Positions 41,809-51,315 of a stretch of 64,000 nucleotides of DNA are shown here, in pieces (positions within the stretch are counted from its first letter, which is position 1; each line of letters starts with the position of its first letter). This DNA is from Dehalococcoidia bacterium (GTDB lineage: Bacteria > Chloroflexota > Dehalococcoidia > UBA2979), in assembly GCA_965219085.1 (NCBI GenBank), contig OZ244720.1, forward strand, positions 1,056,001-1,120,000. The letters run 5' to 3'. The notes beneath the pieces are model-generated. The model was given only the letters and a program-made list of their open reading frames with translations. It did no database searches and was not told the DNA's origin. The position numbers were made by a program, and so were the translations under genes.

Positions 41809-43830
41809 ATGCGCACACGCCTGGCCGCGATCGCGGTGATCACCCTCTTCGCAACGCTGGGCGTGACCACCGTCGGTACCGTCGCCGCCCAGAGCACGAG
41901 CGTCGACATCGAGGTGCGCGTCGCCGCGCAGCGCCTCGCCGACGGGCGCACGGAGTTCGCACTCCAGCATCGCGAGCCGGGCGGCGAGTGGAGCGAACGG
42001 GCACTGCCGCGGGCGCGGTTCTTCCCCGCGACGGCCGATGTCGGGCGCTGGCTCACGAGCACGCCGCTGACGGTGCGCGCGCCGGGCGCGGACGCCGACG
42101 ACGACGGCACCGAGGTGCGCGTGACTGCTCGACGCCTCGCGGACGGTCGCACGGAGTTCGCGCTGCGGCACCACGAGCCTGATGGCGAGTGGAGCGGGCG
42201 CGTCCTCCCGCGGGCGCGGTTCTTCCCGGCGTCGCCGCGGGTCGGGCGCTGGCTGGTTAGCTCGCCGCTCACGGTGGCGGCGCCGCAGCCGGAGGCAGCG
42301 GCCGCCGGCGCGTTCACCTCCGTCGACGCCGGGTACGACCACACCTGCGCGATCCGCAATGACGGCACGGTCGCGTGCTGGGGCAGCGACCCCCATGGCG
42401 GCAGACCGCCTGGCGGCTCGTTCACGTCCGTCAGCGCCGGGTGGGGCCACATCTGCGGGGTCCGGACCGGCGGCACGGTCGTCTGCTGGGGCAGCGACCA
42501 GTTCGGCAAGGCCACGCCGGCCGGCGGCTCGTTCAGCTCTATCGACACCTGGTGGGACCACAACTGCGGGATTCGCGCCGACGGCACGGTCGCCTGCTGG
42601 GGCAACGACGAGTCCGGCCAGTCCACGCCACCCGCCGGCTCATTCACGTCGGTCAGCACCGGGTATCGTCACACCTGCGGTGTCCGGACCGACGGCACAC
42701 TCGCCTGCTGGGGCACCGACTACGGCGGCCAGTCCACACCGCCCGCCGGCTCGTTCTCCTCGGTCAGCACCGGGTACGACCACAACTGCGGGCTGCGGAC
42801 CGACGACACGGTCGCCTGCTGGGGCACGAACTACGATGGCGAGTCCGTGCCGCCTGAGGGTTCGTTCACCGCGGTCGGCGCGGGGTCGAGCCACACCTGC
42901 GGGATCCGGACCGATGGCACGGTCGCCTGCTGGGGCTCCGACTTCCACGGGCAGTCCACGCCACCAGAGGGCTCGTTCACCTCGCTCACCGCGGGAGGGG
43001 ACCACAGCTGCGGGCTGCGGACCGACGGAGCGATCACGTGCTGGGGCACCGATGCGGATGGCCGGGCGACGCCGCCCGGGGGCACGTTCGCGTCGATCAG
43101 CGCCGAAGTGTACCACACCTGCGGCCTCCTGACCGACGGCACGGTGGTGTGCTGGAGCGACGACCACCGGACGCCGCCGCCTGCCGGCTCGTTCACGTCG
43201 GTGAGCGCCGGAGCTGCCCACGGCTGCGGGATCCGTTCGGACGGCGCGGTCGCCTGCTGGGGGAGCAGCGACTATGGCCGAGCGACGCCGCCCGCCGGCT
43301 CCTTCACCGCCGTCAGCGCGGGGAGTGGCCACACCTGTGGGGTACGCACCGACGGCACGCTCGCCTGCTGGGGCAGGAACTACGATGGCGAGTCGGCCGC
43401 GCCCGAGGGTTCGTTCACCGCGGTCAGCGCCGGGTCGCGGTACGCCTGCGCGATCCGAACCGACGGCACGGTCGCGTGCTGGGGCGACGACTCCGATGGC
43501 AGGGCCACGCCGCCCGCCGGCGCGTTCACCTCGGTAAGCGCGGGGAGGGACCATACGTGCGGGATCCGCACTGACGGCGCGGCCGTCTGCTGGGGCGACA
43601 ACCTCTTCCACCAGACCAGGCGACCCGTCGGCTCGTTCACCTCAGTCACCGCCGGGGGTGGCCACAGTTGCGGGGTTCGCACCGACGGCGCGCTGGTCTG
43701 CTGGGGCCACGAGTCGGCCTGGCTCGAGCAACCCGCCGGCTCCTTCACGTCGGTCAGCGCCGGATCCCAGCACACCTGCGCGATCCGGACGGACGGCACG
43801 GTCACCTGCTGGGGCGGCGAGTTCCGATGA
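41809..43830 (+). CDS. Secreted RCC1/BLIP-II-like repeat protein with tandem N-terminal domain
   Basis: Signal peptide; about 14 repeats of F.SVSAG..H.CG.RTDG.V.CWG. Confidence 0.9.
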   Translation: MRTRLAAIAVITLFATLGVTTVGTVAAQSTSVDIEVRVAAQRLADGRTEFALQHREPGGEWSERALPRARFFPATADVGRWLTSTPLTVRAPGADADDDGTEVRVTARRLADGRTEFALRHHEPDGEWSGRVLPRARFFPASPRVGRWLVSSPLTVAAPQPEAAAAGAFTSVDAGYDHTCAIRNDGTVACWGSDPHGGRPPGGSFTSVSAGWGHICGVRTGGTVVCWGSDQFGKATPAGGSFSSIDTWWDHNCGIRADGTVACWGNDESGQSTPPAGSFTSVSTGYRHTCGVRTDGTLACWGTDYGGQSTPPAGSFSSVSTGYDHNCGLRTDDTVACWGTNYDGESVPPEGSFTAVGAGSSHTCGIRTDGTVACWGSDFHGQSTPPEGSFTSLTAGGDHSCGLRTDGAITCWGTDADGRATPPGGTFASISAEVYHTCGLLTDGTVVCWSDDHRTPPPAGSFTSVSAGAAHGCGIRSDGAVACWGSSDYGRATPPAGSFTAVSAGSGHTCGVRTDGTLACWGRNYDGESAAPEGSFTAVSAGSRYACAIRTDGTVACWGDDSDGRATPPAGAFTSVSAGRDHTCGIRTDGAAVCWGDNLFHQTRRPVGSFTSVTAGGGHSCGVRTDGALVCWGHESAWLEQPAGSFTSVSAGSQHTCAIRTDGTVTCWGGEFR

Positions 43831-43991
43831 GTGGCCGATGGCGCCCGGCGACACCTGTCAGAGCGTGATCGCTGGCCGGAGACCGTGCCCAAGAATCCCT
43901 CTCCCACAGTTGACCAGCAACACCCTGTCATAGAGTGATATTCTCCCGCGTGGAGCACCCCCGCCGACGGGCCTCGAGACTGGAGCAGAGC

Positions 43992-46619
43992 ATGCACGCA
44001 CGCCTGGCCGCAACGGTCGTCATCGCATTGCTGGCCGCGCTGGGCCTCGCCACGGCCACCGCCCAGAGCACGAGCACCGACGCCGAGGTGCGCGTCACCG
44101 CGCAACGCCTGGCGGACGCGCGCATTGAGTTCGCGCTCCAGCAACGCGAGGCCGATGGCGGCTGGAGCGAGCGGATGCTGACGCGGGCGCGATTCTTCCC
44201 GGCGGAATCGGATGTCGGGCGCTGGTTGAACAGCACACCGCTCACGGTGCGCGCGCCAGGCGCCAGCGCCGACAGCGACGGGGTCGAGGTGCGGATCACC
44301 GCGCAGCGCCTCGCCAACGGCCGCACGGAGTTCGCGCTCCAGCAACGCGAGGCCAGCGGTGAGTGGGGCGAACGGCTGCTGCCGAGGGCGCGGTTCTTCC
44401 CGGCATCAACCGCGGTCGGGCGGTGGCTGGTCAGCACGCCGCTGACGGTCAGCCCGCCGATTACCGAGGGATCGATGGCTCAGGGCGGCGCCGACGACGC
44501 CGCGCCCACTCCTGCATGCGGGAGCCGGGAACAGGATGCGCTGGTAGCCCTCTACAACGCGATGGACGGGGCGAACTGGCTCCGCAACACCAACTGGTCG
44601 AGCGAGGAGCCGCTCGGCAATTGGTACGGCGTTACGACCGACAGTGACGGCTGCGTCACTCACCTGGAACTTGCATCGAACCGGTTGAGCGGGGCGATGC
44701 CGGCCGAGTTGGGCAACCTGTCCCGGCTGAGAGTGCTGAACCTCAGCGAGAACAACGGGCTGAGCGGCGCGATACCGCCGGAATTGGGCAGCCTGTCCAA
44801 GCTGGAAACGCTGGATCTCTCCGACCAGACCGGGCAGCCCGACTACAACCACACGTTGACCGGCTCGATACCACCGGAATTGGGCAATCTCGCCAGCCTG
44901 AGAGTCCTGGACCTCTCGTGGCACCGGTTGAGTGGTTCGATACCGACCGAGTTGGGCAACCTCACCAATCTTGAATCGCTCCAACTGCATGGCAACTCGA
45001 CGTTGAGTGGGACGATACCAACCGAGTTGGGGGGCCTTGCGCGCCTGCGGTCGCTCTGGCTCAACCACAACGACCTGAGCGGCGGGATACCCGCGGAGCT
45101 GGGCCAGCTATCGGAGCTCCGACAACTGTTCCTTTCGTCCAACAGCCTGGACGGCGCGATTCCTGAAGAGTTGGGGGAACTGGCGCGGCTGGAGGGCCTC
45201 CATCTCGCCGGCAACGACTTGAGCGGGGCGATCCCCGCTGTGCTGGGGAGCCTTTCCCGGTTGGGGACACTTGATCTCGGCAACAACAATCTGAGCGGGG
45301 CGATCCCCGCTGTGCTGGGGAACCTTTCCCAGTTGGAGACACTCGATCTCAGAGACAACCAGTTGACCGGGGACGTTCCACCCGAGCTGTCAAACCTGTC
45401 CGTGCTGCGCTCCTACTACTTCCACGGGAACACCCTGACCGGCTGTATACCGGCCAGGTTCCGTGCCCTGGAGAGCAGATACGCAATATACCCGTTCGAC
45501 GACCCAAGGCCCGACCTTCCCCCCTTCTGCGAGGAGACGCTCTCGTGCGCAACCGGGGGCGCCGTGCCCGCCGCTGCCAGCAACCCGGGGCTCGTCTCCG
45601 ACTGCGATGTGCTGCTGGCGGCAGTGGACATCTTGGCGGCGGAGGCGACGCTGAATTGGGCTGTGAATAGCCCGATCACCCGCTGGCAGGGAGTCACCCT
45701 CGGGGGAAGGCCGCAGCGTGTCACGCGGCTGATCCTGGGTGGGTTGACCGGCGAGATACCGCCCGAACTGGGTCTCTTGTCGGCAGTGGAAACGCTCGAG
45801 CTCGATGGTGACCTGACCGGCGAGATACCGCCCGAGCTGGGCAACCTGGCCGCGCTGAAGGTGCTGGAGCTCGACTGGAATGCGCTGAGCGGAGACATAC
45901 CGCCCGAGCTGGGCAACCTCACCAACCTGCAAACGCTCACACTGGCCAGTAACCGGCAGTTGAGCGGAGACATACCGCCCGAGCTGGGTAACCTCTCCGA
46001 CCTGAGGACGCTGAACCTCGGGGGGGCTGACCTGGGCGGCCCGATACCGCCCGAGCTGGGTCTCCTATCGCAGCTGACGGAGCTGAACCTCAGCTTCAAC
46101 GAGTTGACCGGGGCGATACCTCCCGAGCTCGGCGGCCTCTCCAGGCTGCAGAGGCTCACGCTGCACGGGAATGGACTGACCGGCGCGATACCGGCTGAAC
46201 TCGGAGAGCTATCCCGGCTGCAACGGCTGGGCCTGGACTCCAACCGCCTGAGCGGCCCGATCCCGGCCGAACTGGGCAGCCTGGCCAATCTGGAGTCGTT
46301 GCTACTCCGTGACAACGGGTTGACCGGCGCGGTACCAGCGTGGATCGGGAGCCTCTCCGGTCTGACGCTGCTGTGGCTCGACAACAACGCGTTGACCGGC
46401 GCAATACCGACGGAGCTCGGCATGTTGTCGAACCTGACGCAGCTGTGGCTCGACGACAACGCGTTGACCGGCGCGATACCGACGGAGCTGGGCATGTTGT
46501 CGAACCTGACGAATTTGCGGCTCTCGGAGAACCAGTTCACCGGCTGCGTACCTGCCGGGTTGGAGGATGTGCGACGCAACGATCTCGATGACCTTGGGCT
46601 CCCGTTCTGCGCCCCGTGA
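43992..46619 (+). CDS. Secreted plant-type leucine-rich repeat protein with tandem N-terminal domain
   Basis: Signal peptide; two blocks of LxxLxLxxNxLxGxIPxELGxL repeats, each with an N-cap. Confidence 0.92.
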   Translation: MHARLAATVVIALLAALGLATATAQSTSTDAEVRVTAQRLADARIEFALQQREADGGWSERMLTRARFFPAESDVGRWLNSTPLTVRAPGASADSDGVEVRITAQRLANGRTEFALQQREASGEWGERLLPRARFFPASTAVGRWLVSTPLTVSPPITEGSMAQGGADDAAPTPACGSREQDALVALYNAMDGANWLRNTNWSSEEPLGNWYGVTTDSDGCVTHLELASNRLSGAMPAELGNLSRLRVLNLSENNGLSGAIPPELGSLSKLETLDLSDQTGQPDYNHTLTGSIPPELGNLASLRVLDLSWHRLSGSIPTELGNLTNLESLQLHGNSTLSGTIPTELGGLARLRSLWLNHNDLSGGIPAELGQLSELRQLFLSSNSLDGAIPEELGELARLEGLHLAGNDLSGAIPAVLGSLSRLGTLDLGNNNLSGAIPAVLGNLSQLETLDLRDNQLTGDVPPELSNLSVLRSYYFHGNTLTGCIPARFRALESRYAIYPFDDPRPDLPPFCEETLSCATGGAVPAAASNPGLVSDCDVLLAAVDILAAEATLNWAVNSPITRWQGVTLGGRPQRVTRLILGGLTGEIPPELGLLSAVETLELDGDLTGEIPPELGNLAALKVLELDWNALSGDIPPELGNLTNLQTLTLASNRQLSGDIPPELGNLSDLRTLNLGGADLGGPIPPELGLLSQLTELNLSFNELTGAIPPELGGLSRLQRLTLHGNGLTGAIPAELGELSRLQRLGLDSNRLSGPIPAELGSLANLESLLLRDNGLTGAVPAWIGSLSGLTLLWLDNNALTGAIPTELGMLSNLTQLWLDDNALTGAIPTELGMLSNLTNLRLSENQFTGCVPAGLEDVRRNDLDDLGLPFCAP

Positions 46620-46696
46620 GGTGATACTCGGCGCAGGCGGGGCACTCGGTCGCGTGACGCATCGTGGCGCGAAGAGGGCCGCCGGGAGTCGGCGCC

Positions 46697-47188
46697 ATGC
46701 CCGATAACGGCCGGATGACCACCGCCGAGGTGGTCGAGCACTACCGCTCGGGACCCGCGAGCGGTGTCTTCACCGACGGCTCGTGCAGCGGCAACCCCGG
46801 CCCCGGCGGCTGGGGCGTCGTGCGCGTACGCGACAGCAGCGTCGTCGCCGAGCAGCACGGCGACGACCCGGACACGACCAACAACCGCATGGAGTTCGAG
46901 GCGATGATCGCCGGCCTCGCGATGATCGATCCGTCCGAGGCGGAGACCGTCTACTCGGACAGCCGGCTCGTGGTGCAGACGCTCAACGAGTGGGCTGCGG
47001 GGTGGGCGCGGCGCGGCTGGAAGCGCCGCACCGGGCCCGTCAAGAACCTCGACCTGGTGCAGCGCGCCTACGCGCTCGCGCAGGAGCGGCCGTACGTGCG
47101 CATCGAGTGGATCGCGGCGCACGACGGCGCGCGATGGAACGAGTACGCCGACGCCCTCGCGACGGCGTACATGCGCGACGAGGTCTGA
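46697..47188 (+). CDS. rnhA: Ribonuclease HI
   Basis: FTDGSCSGNPGPGGWG, TTNNRME, YSDS, KNLDL, WNEYADALA. Confidence 0.93.
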   Translation: MPDNGRMTTAEVVEHYRSGPASGVFTDGSCSGNPGPGGWGVVRVRDSSVVAEQHGDDPDTTNNRMEFEAMIAGLAMIDPSEAETVYSDSRLVVQTLNEWAAGWARRGWKRRTGPVKNLDLVQRAYALAQERPYVRIEWIAAHDGARWNEYADALATAYMRDEV

Positions 47189-47230
47189 TCGCCGCTATCA
47201 TGGTCGCTGGGCACCGAAAGGGAGCGCGCC

Positions 47231-47630
47231 GTGACCACCTCAGCCGCAGCCGCCACCTTCGCCGACGCCCGCGAGATGCACGCGGCAGCCCTGGAGCGCC
47301 TCGACGCACGCGACATCCGCGACGCGGCCGAGAAGGCGTGGGGCGCAACCCTGCGCGCCACGAACGCATTGATCCTCACGCGCACCGGCGTGGAGCCGGA
47401 GAAGTCCCCGGCTACGAGCGGCGGGCTGAACGGGTTGGCCTCCCAGGATCCGGCCGTGAGGACGCTGGTGGGCCGCTATTACTCCCGGCAGATACTCCCG
47501 GCAGAGCCAGCTACACGGCGAATGCTTCTACCTGGGCCTGTGCGATCCCGTGCCGGAGACGGAACACCGCATCCGCGAAACCGCCGCGTACATCGACGAC
47601 GCTGAAGCGCTCGCCAACTCCAACCGCTGA
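47231..47630 (+). pseudogene. PaREP1/HEPN-like protein frameshifted by a 13-bp tandem duplication
   Basis: DIRDAAEKAWGA...LHGECFY; TACTCCCGGCAGA at 47480-47492 and 47493-47505. Confidence 0.72.
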
Positions 47631-47635
47631 CCCCA

Positions 47636-47680
47636 TACGCCGACACCCTCGCGACGGCGTACATGCGCGACGAGGTCTGA
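47636..47680 (+). repeat. 45-bp direct repeat of the rnhA 3' end (copy of 47144-47188)
   Basis: One mismatch; flanks the PaREP1-like gene. Confidence 0.92.
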
Positions 47681-47740
47681 ACGCCTCGCCCCGCCGACGC
47701 AAGGTCGGCGGGGTGTGCGCGGTGCGGTCGACGCCCGCGG

Positions 47741-48556
47741 TCAGCGGCCCCGGTATTGGGCCGGGCGCTTCTCGAGGAACGAGTTGACGCCCTCGCGGAA
47801 GTCCTCGGACTTGATCAGGTGGCCGAGCGCCAGCGCCGTGTAGTCCGTGGCGCGCTGCAGGTCGTCGTTGTCGTTGATGTACACGACGCGCTTGCTCGCG
47901 GCGATGCTCAGCGACGGCCCCGAGATGATCTCCTCGGCCAGCTCGAACGCGGTGTCCATGAGCTGGTCGTTCGGCACGATCTTGAGCAGCAGCCCGATCT
48001 CGTAGGCGCGCTGCGCGTCGATCATGCGGCCGGTGAGCATCAGGTCGAGCGCGGCCTGGTGGCCCGCCTGCTGCGTCAGGAAGTGGCCGAGGCCGAAGTC
48101 GGCCATGATCCCGCGCTTGAGCTGCGAGACCTGGAACTGGGCGTCCTCGGCGGCGATGCGCAGGTCGGTGGCGAGCGCGAGCCCCCAGCCCATGCCGACG
48201 CAGTGGCCGTTGATGGCGCTGATGAACGGGACGTCGCAGTCGCGGATGGCGCGCACGGCGTAGCGCTCCGGGTGGCCCGGCCGCCACGGTGGTTGCGGGT
48301 TCGGGTCGTTGCCCGGGATGCGGCGCGCGAGGCCTTCGCGGACGTCGGCGCCGGCGCTGAAGGCGCGGCCTTCGCCGGTGATGATCACGCACTTCGTGTC
48401 GAACTCACCCTCGTTCAGCGACTGTGCGTAGCGTCCGATGCTGTTGGCCATGTCGCCGGTGAACGCGTTGAGGCGTTCGGGACGGTTGAGCTTGAGGACG
48501 GTGATCTCCCCGTGCTCCTCGAAGATGACAGGTTCGGTAACAACTGCGGTGGCCAT
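47741..48556 (-). CDS. Enoyl-CoA hydratase/isomerase family protein
   Basis: LNRPERLNA, RAFSAGAD, AINGHCVGMG, DFREGV. Confidence 0.92.
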   Translation of the reverse strand: MATAVVTEPVIFEEHGEITVLKLNRPERLNAFTGDMANSIGRYAQSLNEGEFDTKCVIITGEGRAFSAGADVREGLARRIPGNDPNPQPPWRPGHPERYAVRAIRDCDVPFISAINGHCVGMGWGLALATDLRIAAEDAQFQVSQLKRGIMADFGLGHFLTQQAGHQAALDLMLTGRMIDAQRAYEIGLLLKIVPNDQLMDTAFELAEEIISGPSLSIAASKRVVYINDNDDLQRATDYTALALGHLIKSEDFREGVNSFLEKRPAQYRGR

Positions 48557-48691
48557 GGCCCCCTCCTCGGCGGTCGTTCGATAGCGCCATGCTAGCGCAC
48601 GCGTCGAGCCCGCCGGGCGTCCGTCACCATGTCTGTGGATTTCCCGAGCCGGGCAGGAGGGCGCTCGGACGGTGTCGCGAGGCGGGTGCCG

Positions 48692-48856
48692 CTACATCCA
48701 GAGCCGCATCGCGGCGAGGATGATGGCGAGGCCCGTGAGCTGGACCGCGACCAGGGTGAACTTGAGCCGCTCAATGTCTGCCTTGGTCGCGAGGTGCTCC
48801 ATCGCGCCCTCGATGCGCGCCACCCGCTCGCCGAGCGTCCCGCGCTGTGTCGTCAT
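48692..48856 (-). CDS. Small CCDC90/DUF1640-like coiled-coil membrane protein, copy 1
   Basis: ERVARIEG...LATKAD beta-layer motif plus C-terminal TM. Confidence 0.7.
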   Translation of the reverse strand: MTTQRGTLGERVARIEGAMEHLATKADIERLKFTLVAVQLTGLAIILAAMRLWM

Positions 48857-48891
48857 GGCCATGAGGTTCCGTCCCCTGGGTGGCGGTAGCG

Positions 48892-49089
48892 TTACATCCA
48901 GAGCCGCGTGGCGGCGAGGATGATGGCGAGGCCCGTGAGCTGGACCGAGACCAGGGTGAACTTGAGCCGCTGCATCTCCGTCCGCACCTCTGTCCGCAGA
49001 CGCTCGAGGTCGGCCCTGGTCGCGAGGTGGTCAAGCACACCCTCGATGCGCGCAACCCGCTCGCCAAGCGTCCCGGACCGCGTCGTCAT
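48892..49089 (-). CDS. Small CCDC90/DUF1640-like coiled-coil membrane protein, copy 2
   Basis: LATRAD motif; 11 aa longer stalk than copy 1. Confidence 0.72.
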   Translation of the reverse strand: MTTRSGTLGERVARIEGVLDHLATRADLERLRTEVRTEMQRLKFTLVSVQLTGLAIILAATRLWM

Positions 49090-49123
49090 GGCCGGTTCCC
49101 GCCCCGGTGCGGCCGCTGCGTCG

Positions 49124-49309
49124 CTACATCCAGAGCCGCATGGCGGCGAGGATGATGGCGAGGCCCGTGATCTGGACCGAGATCAGCGTGAACTTGAGAC
49201 GTTGCATCTCCGTCCGCAGACGCTCGAGGTCCGCCTTGGTCGCAAGGTGGTCAAGCACACCCTCGATGCGCGCGACCCGCTCGCCAAGCGTCCCGGACTG
49301 CGCCGTCAT
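49124..49309 (-). CDS. Small CCDC90/DUF1640-like coiled-coil membrane protein, copy 3
   Basis: LATKAD motif; 7 aa longer stalk than copy 1. Confidence 0.72.
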   Translation of the reverse strand: MTAQSGTLGERVARIEGVLDHLATKADLERLRTEMQRLKFTLISVQITGLAIILAAMRLWM

Positions 49310-49458
49310 GGCTGGTTCCATTCCGTCGTTGCGGACGTACGGCGTCAGTGTACGCATACGGTCCTTGGATATCCAACAACGATACGGATTGACGTAGCAC
49401 GAGAGGGCGCCGCGGGATTGCAATGCGCGCGCGCCGACGATTGATTGGGCCAGGGGGT

Positions 49459-49500
49459 TGACCTGGCCACCAACGTAAACTAGTTTGCACTGCAAACCTA
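49459..49500 (+). promoter_or_regulatory. Promoter with palindromic operator
   Basis: TTGACC...TAGTTT with overlapping inverted repeat GTTTGCA-C-TGCAAAC upstream of the membrane protein/regulator operon. Confidence 0.5.
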
Positions 49501-49523
49501 GCGGCGAGTCCCGGGGGTGAACC

Positions 49524-50153
49524 GTGGCATCCGATGCAGACCGGCAAGCGCTCACGCCCGAGGAGGGCCTGCTCGCCATTCACGCCACGATGGAGAGCGC
49601 CCGCAGCTCCATGTACCTCGCCGGGACGGCGACGATCCTGCTGCTGTGGGGGGTGATCGTCTCGCTCGGCTACCTCGCCGAATACGCCTTCGACACTGCT
49701 GTTGCCGATTTCGCCGAGGGTCGGCCGTGGCTGAGCGCGCCCCTGTGGGGCGTGCTTGTCGTGGTGGGGATGGTCGGCAGCTCCGTCATCGGGCACCGCG
49801 CGGGCCGCGACCTCGCGACGGGGGAGGCGGTGCGGGGCGCCGGCATCCGCGTCTTCGCGTTCTGGCTCGCGGTCGCGGCAGCGGCGTTCCTCGTGCCGGC
49901 CGCCGCCGGTCTGTGGACCGAGGAGCAAGCCGAGGCGGTACCGCGCGTCGCCATCGGTATTGTGGCGCTGGGGCACATCCTCTTCGGCATCATGCACCGC
50001 CCGGTGATTGCGGCCTTCGGCGTGGGCATCGCCGCGGCGTTCTACGTCCCGAGCTACCTCGCGGGCGACGCCGCGCTGGCGGTGTCGGCTGCGGCGACGC
50101 TGGTCGTCGTCGCGGTGGCCACGGCGTGGATCCGCCGGACCGGGGTGCTGTGA
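49524..50153 (+). CDS. Multi-pass membrane protein
   Basis: About 6-7 hydrophobic helices; overlaps start of the regulator. Confidence 0.8.
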   Translation: MASDADRQALTPEEGLLAIHATMESARSSMYLAGTATILLLWGVIVSLGYLAEYAFDTAVADFAEGRPWLSAPLWGVLVVVGMVGSSVIGHRAGRDLATGEAVRGAGIRVFAFWLAVAAAAFLVPAAAGLWTEEQAEAVPRVAIGIVALGHILFGIMHRPVIAAFGVGIAAAFYVPSYLAGDAALAVSAAATLVVVAVATAWIRRTGVL

Positions 50154-50494
50154 CCGACGAGGGCGCGTCGGCTGGCGCGATCGTCCTCAACGAGACGATC
50201 CACCAGCCGACGCGACTGCGCATCATGACGATGCTCGTCTCGGTGCCGGAGACGGATCGGCTCGCCTACGGGTTCATCCAACAGACGCTCGGGCTGACCG
50301 GCGGCAACCTGACCACGCACCTGCGCAAGCTCCACGACGCCGGGTACCTCGACACCACCAAGGAGTTCATCGACGCGAAGCCGCGCACGTGGGTGCAGGC
50401 GACGCCTGCCGGGCGCCAGGCGTTCGCCGACTACCTGTCCAACCTCGAGCAGGCGCTGAACTGGCGCCCGCCCAAACCGCCGGCGGAGGTGTGA
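50150..50494 (+). CDS. Winged-helix transcriptional regulator (HTH_34/ArsR-like)
   Basis: IHQPTRLRIM, LTGGNLTTHLRKL, KPRTW...T..G..AF..Y. Confidence 0.88.
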   Translation: MTDEGASAGAIVLNETIHQPTRLRIMTMLVSVPETDRLAYGFIQQTLGLTGGNLTTHLRKLHDAGYLDTTKEFIDAKPRTWVQATPAGRQAFADYLSNLEQALNWRPPKPPAEV

Positions 50495-50512
50495 GCCCGG
50501 GCTACGCGCCCG

Positions 50513-51175
50513 TCAGCCCTGCCCGTCGAGGAGCACGCGATCGAGCCACGATGAGAGGTCGCCGGCGCTGGCGGCGTTGACCTCGTGACCCATGGGGTAC
50601 TCGCGGTAGTCGGGGTCAAGGCCCAGCTCTTGCAGGCGGTCGCGCGCTCCGCGGCCTCCCTCGACGCCAGCGGTCGGGTCCTGTGCACCGTGCTGGATGA
50701 GCATCGGGAGCGCGGCGACGGCCTCCGAGGGCGGCTCGTCGCCGAGATCCGCGGGGAAGCCCGTGCTGAGCGCGGCGAGGCCGACCCAGCGCTCCGGGTC
50801 CGCGAAGGCGAGCCGGTACGCCATCCCGCCGCCCTGGCTGAAGCCGAGCAGCGCGACGCGGTCGCGCCGCACCGGGTACGCCTCGAGCGCGTAGTCGAGG
50901 AACTCGTCGATGAGGCCCATTGCCCGCTCGATGGCGGCGGGATCGGTGTTGCCGCCGGGGCCGGCGAAGTCGTACCAGCTGAAGCCGAAGTAGCCCGGCT
51001 GCACCTGGATCGGCGCCTGCGGGCAGAGCATGAGCATCCGTCCGGAGGCGAGGAACGGCCACAGGCCGAGCAGGTCCTGACCGTGCGCGCCGTAGCCGTG
51101 GAGGGCGACGAGCGTCGGCAGTCCCTCGTCGGGGACGTCACCTTCGGGGTGAGCGATGGCGTGGATGAGGGGCAT
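50513..51175 (-). CDS. Phospholipase/carboxylesterase
   Basis: LHGYG, GFSQGG, HGAQD, MGH. Confidence 0.9.
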   Translation of the reverse strand: MPLIHAIAHPEGDVPDEGLPTLVALHGYGAHGQDLLGLWPFLASGRMLMLCPQAPIQVQPGYFGFSWYDFAGPGGNTDPAAIERAMGLIDEFLDYALEAYPVRRDRVALLGFSQGGGMAYRLAFADPERWVGLAALSTGFPADLGDEPPSEAVAALPMLIQHGAQDPTAGVEGGRGARDRLQELGLDPDYREYPMGHEVNAASAGDLSSWLDRVLLDGQG

Positions 51176-51315
51176 TGGCTCTCCCGTCCGGCCCGCGGCG
51201 GGCGAGCACCATGCGAGTATACGCATCGCCCCCGGCGCAGCCGGGCTGCCCGCGAGGCGTCGGCGGCTGCTAACATCTCCGCGATAGGCGACAGGCACCA
51301 CGCTGGAGGATGCGT

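Noticed and set aside
42300-43820. Regular ~111-bp repeats resembling a CRISPR or DGR array
   Set aside because: They are in-frame RCC1-like protein repeats; there are no unique spacers, cas genes or reverse transcriptase.
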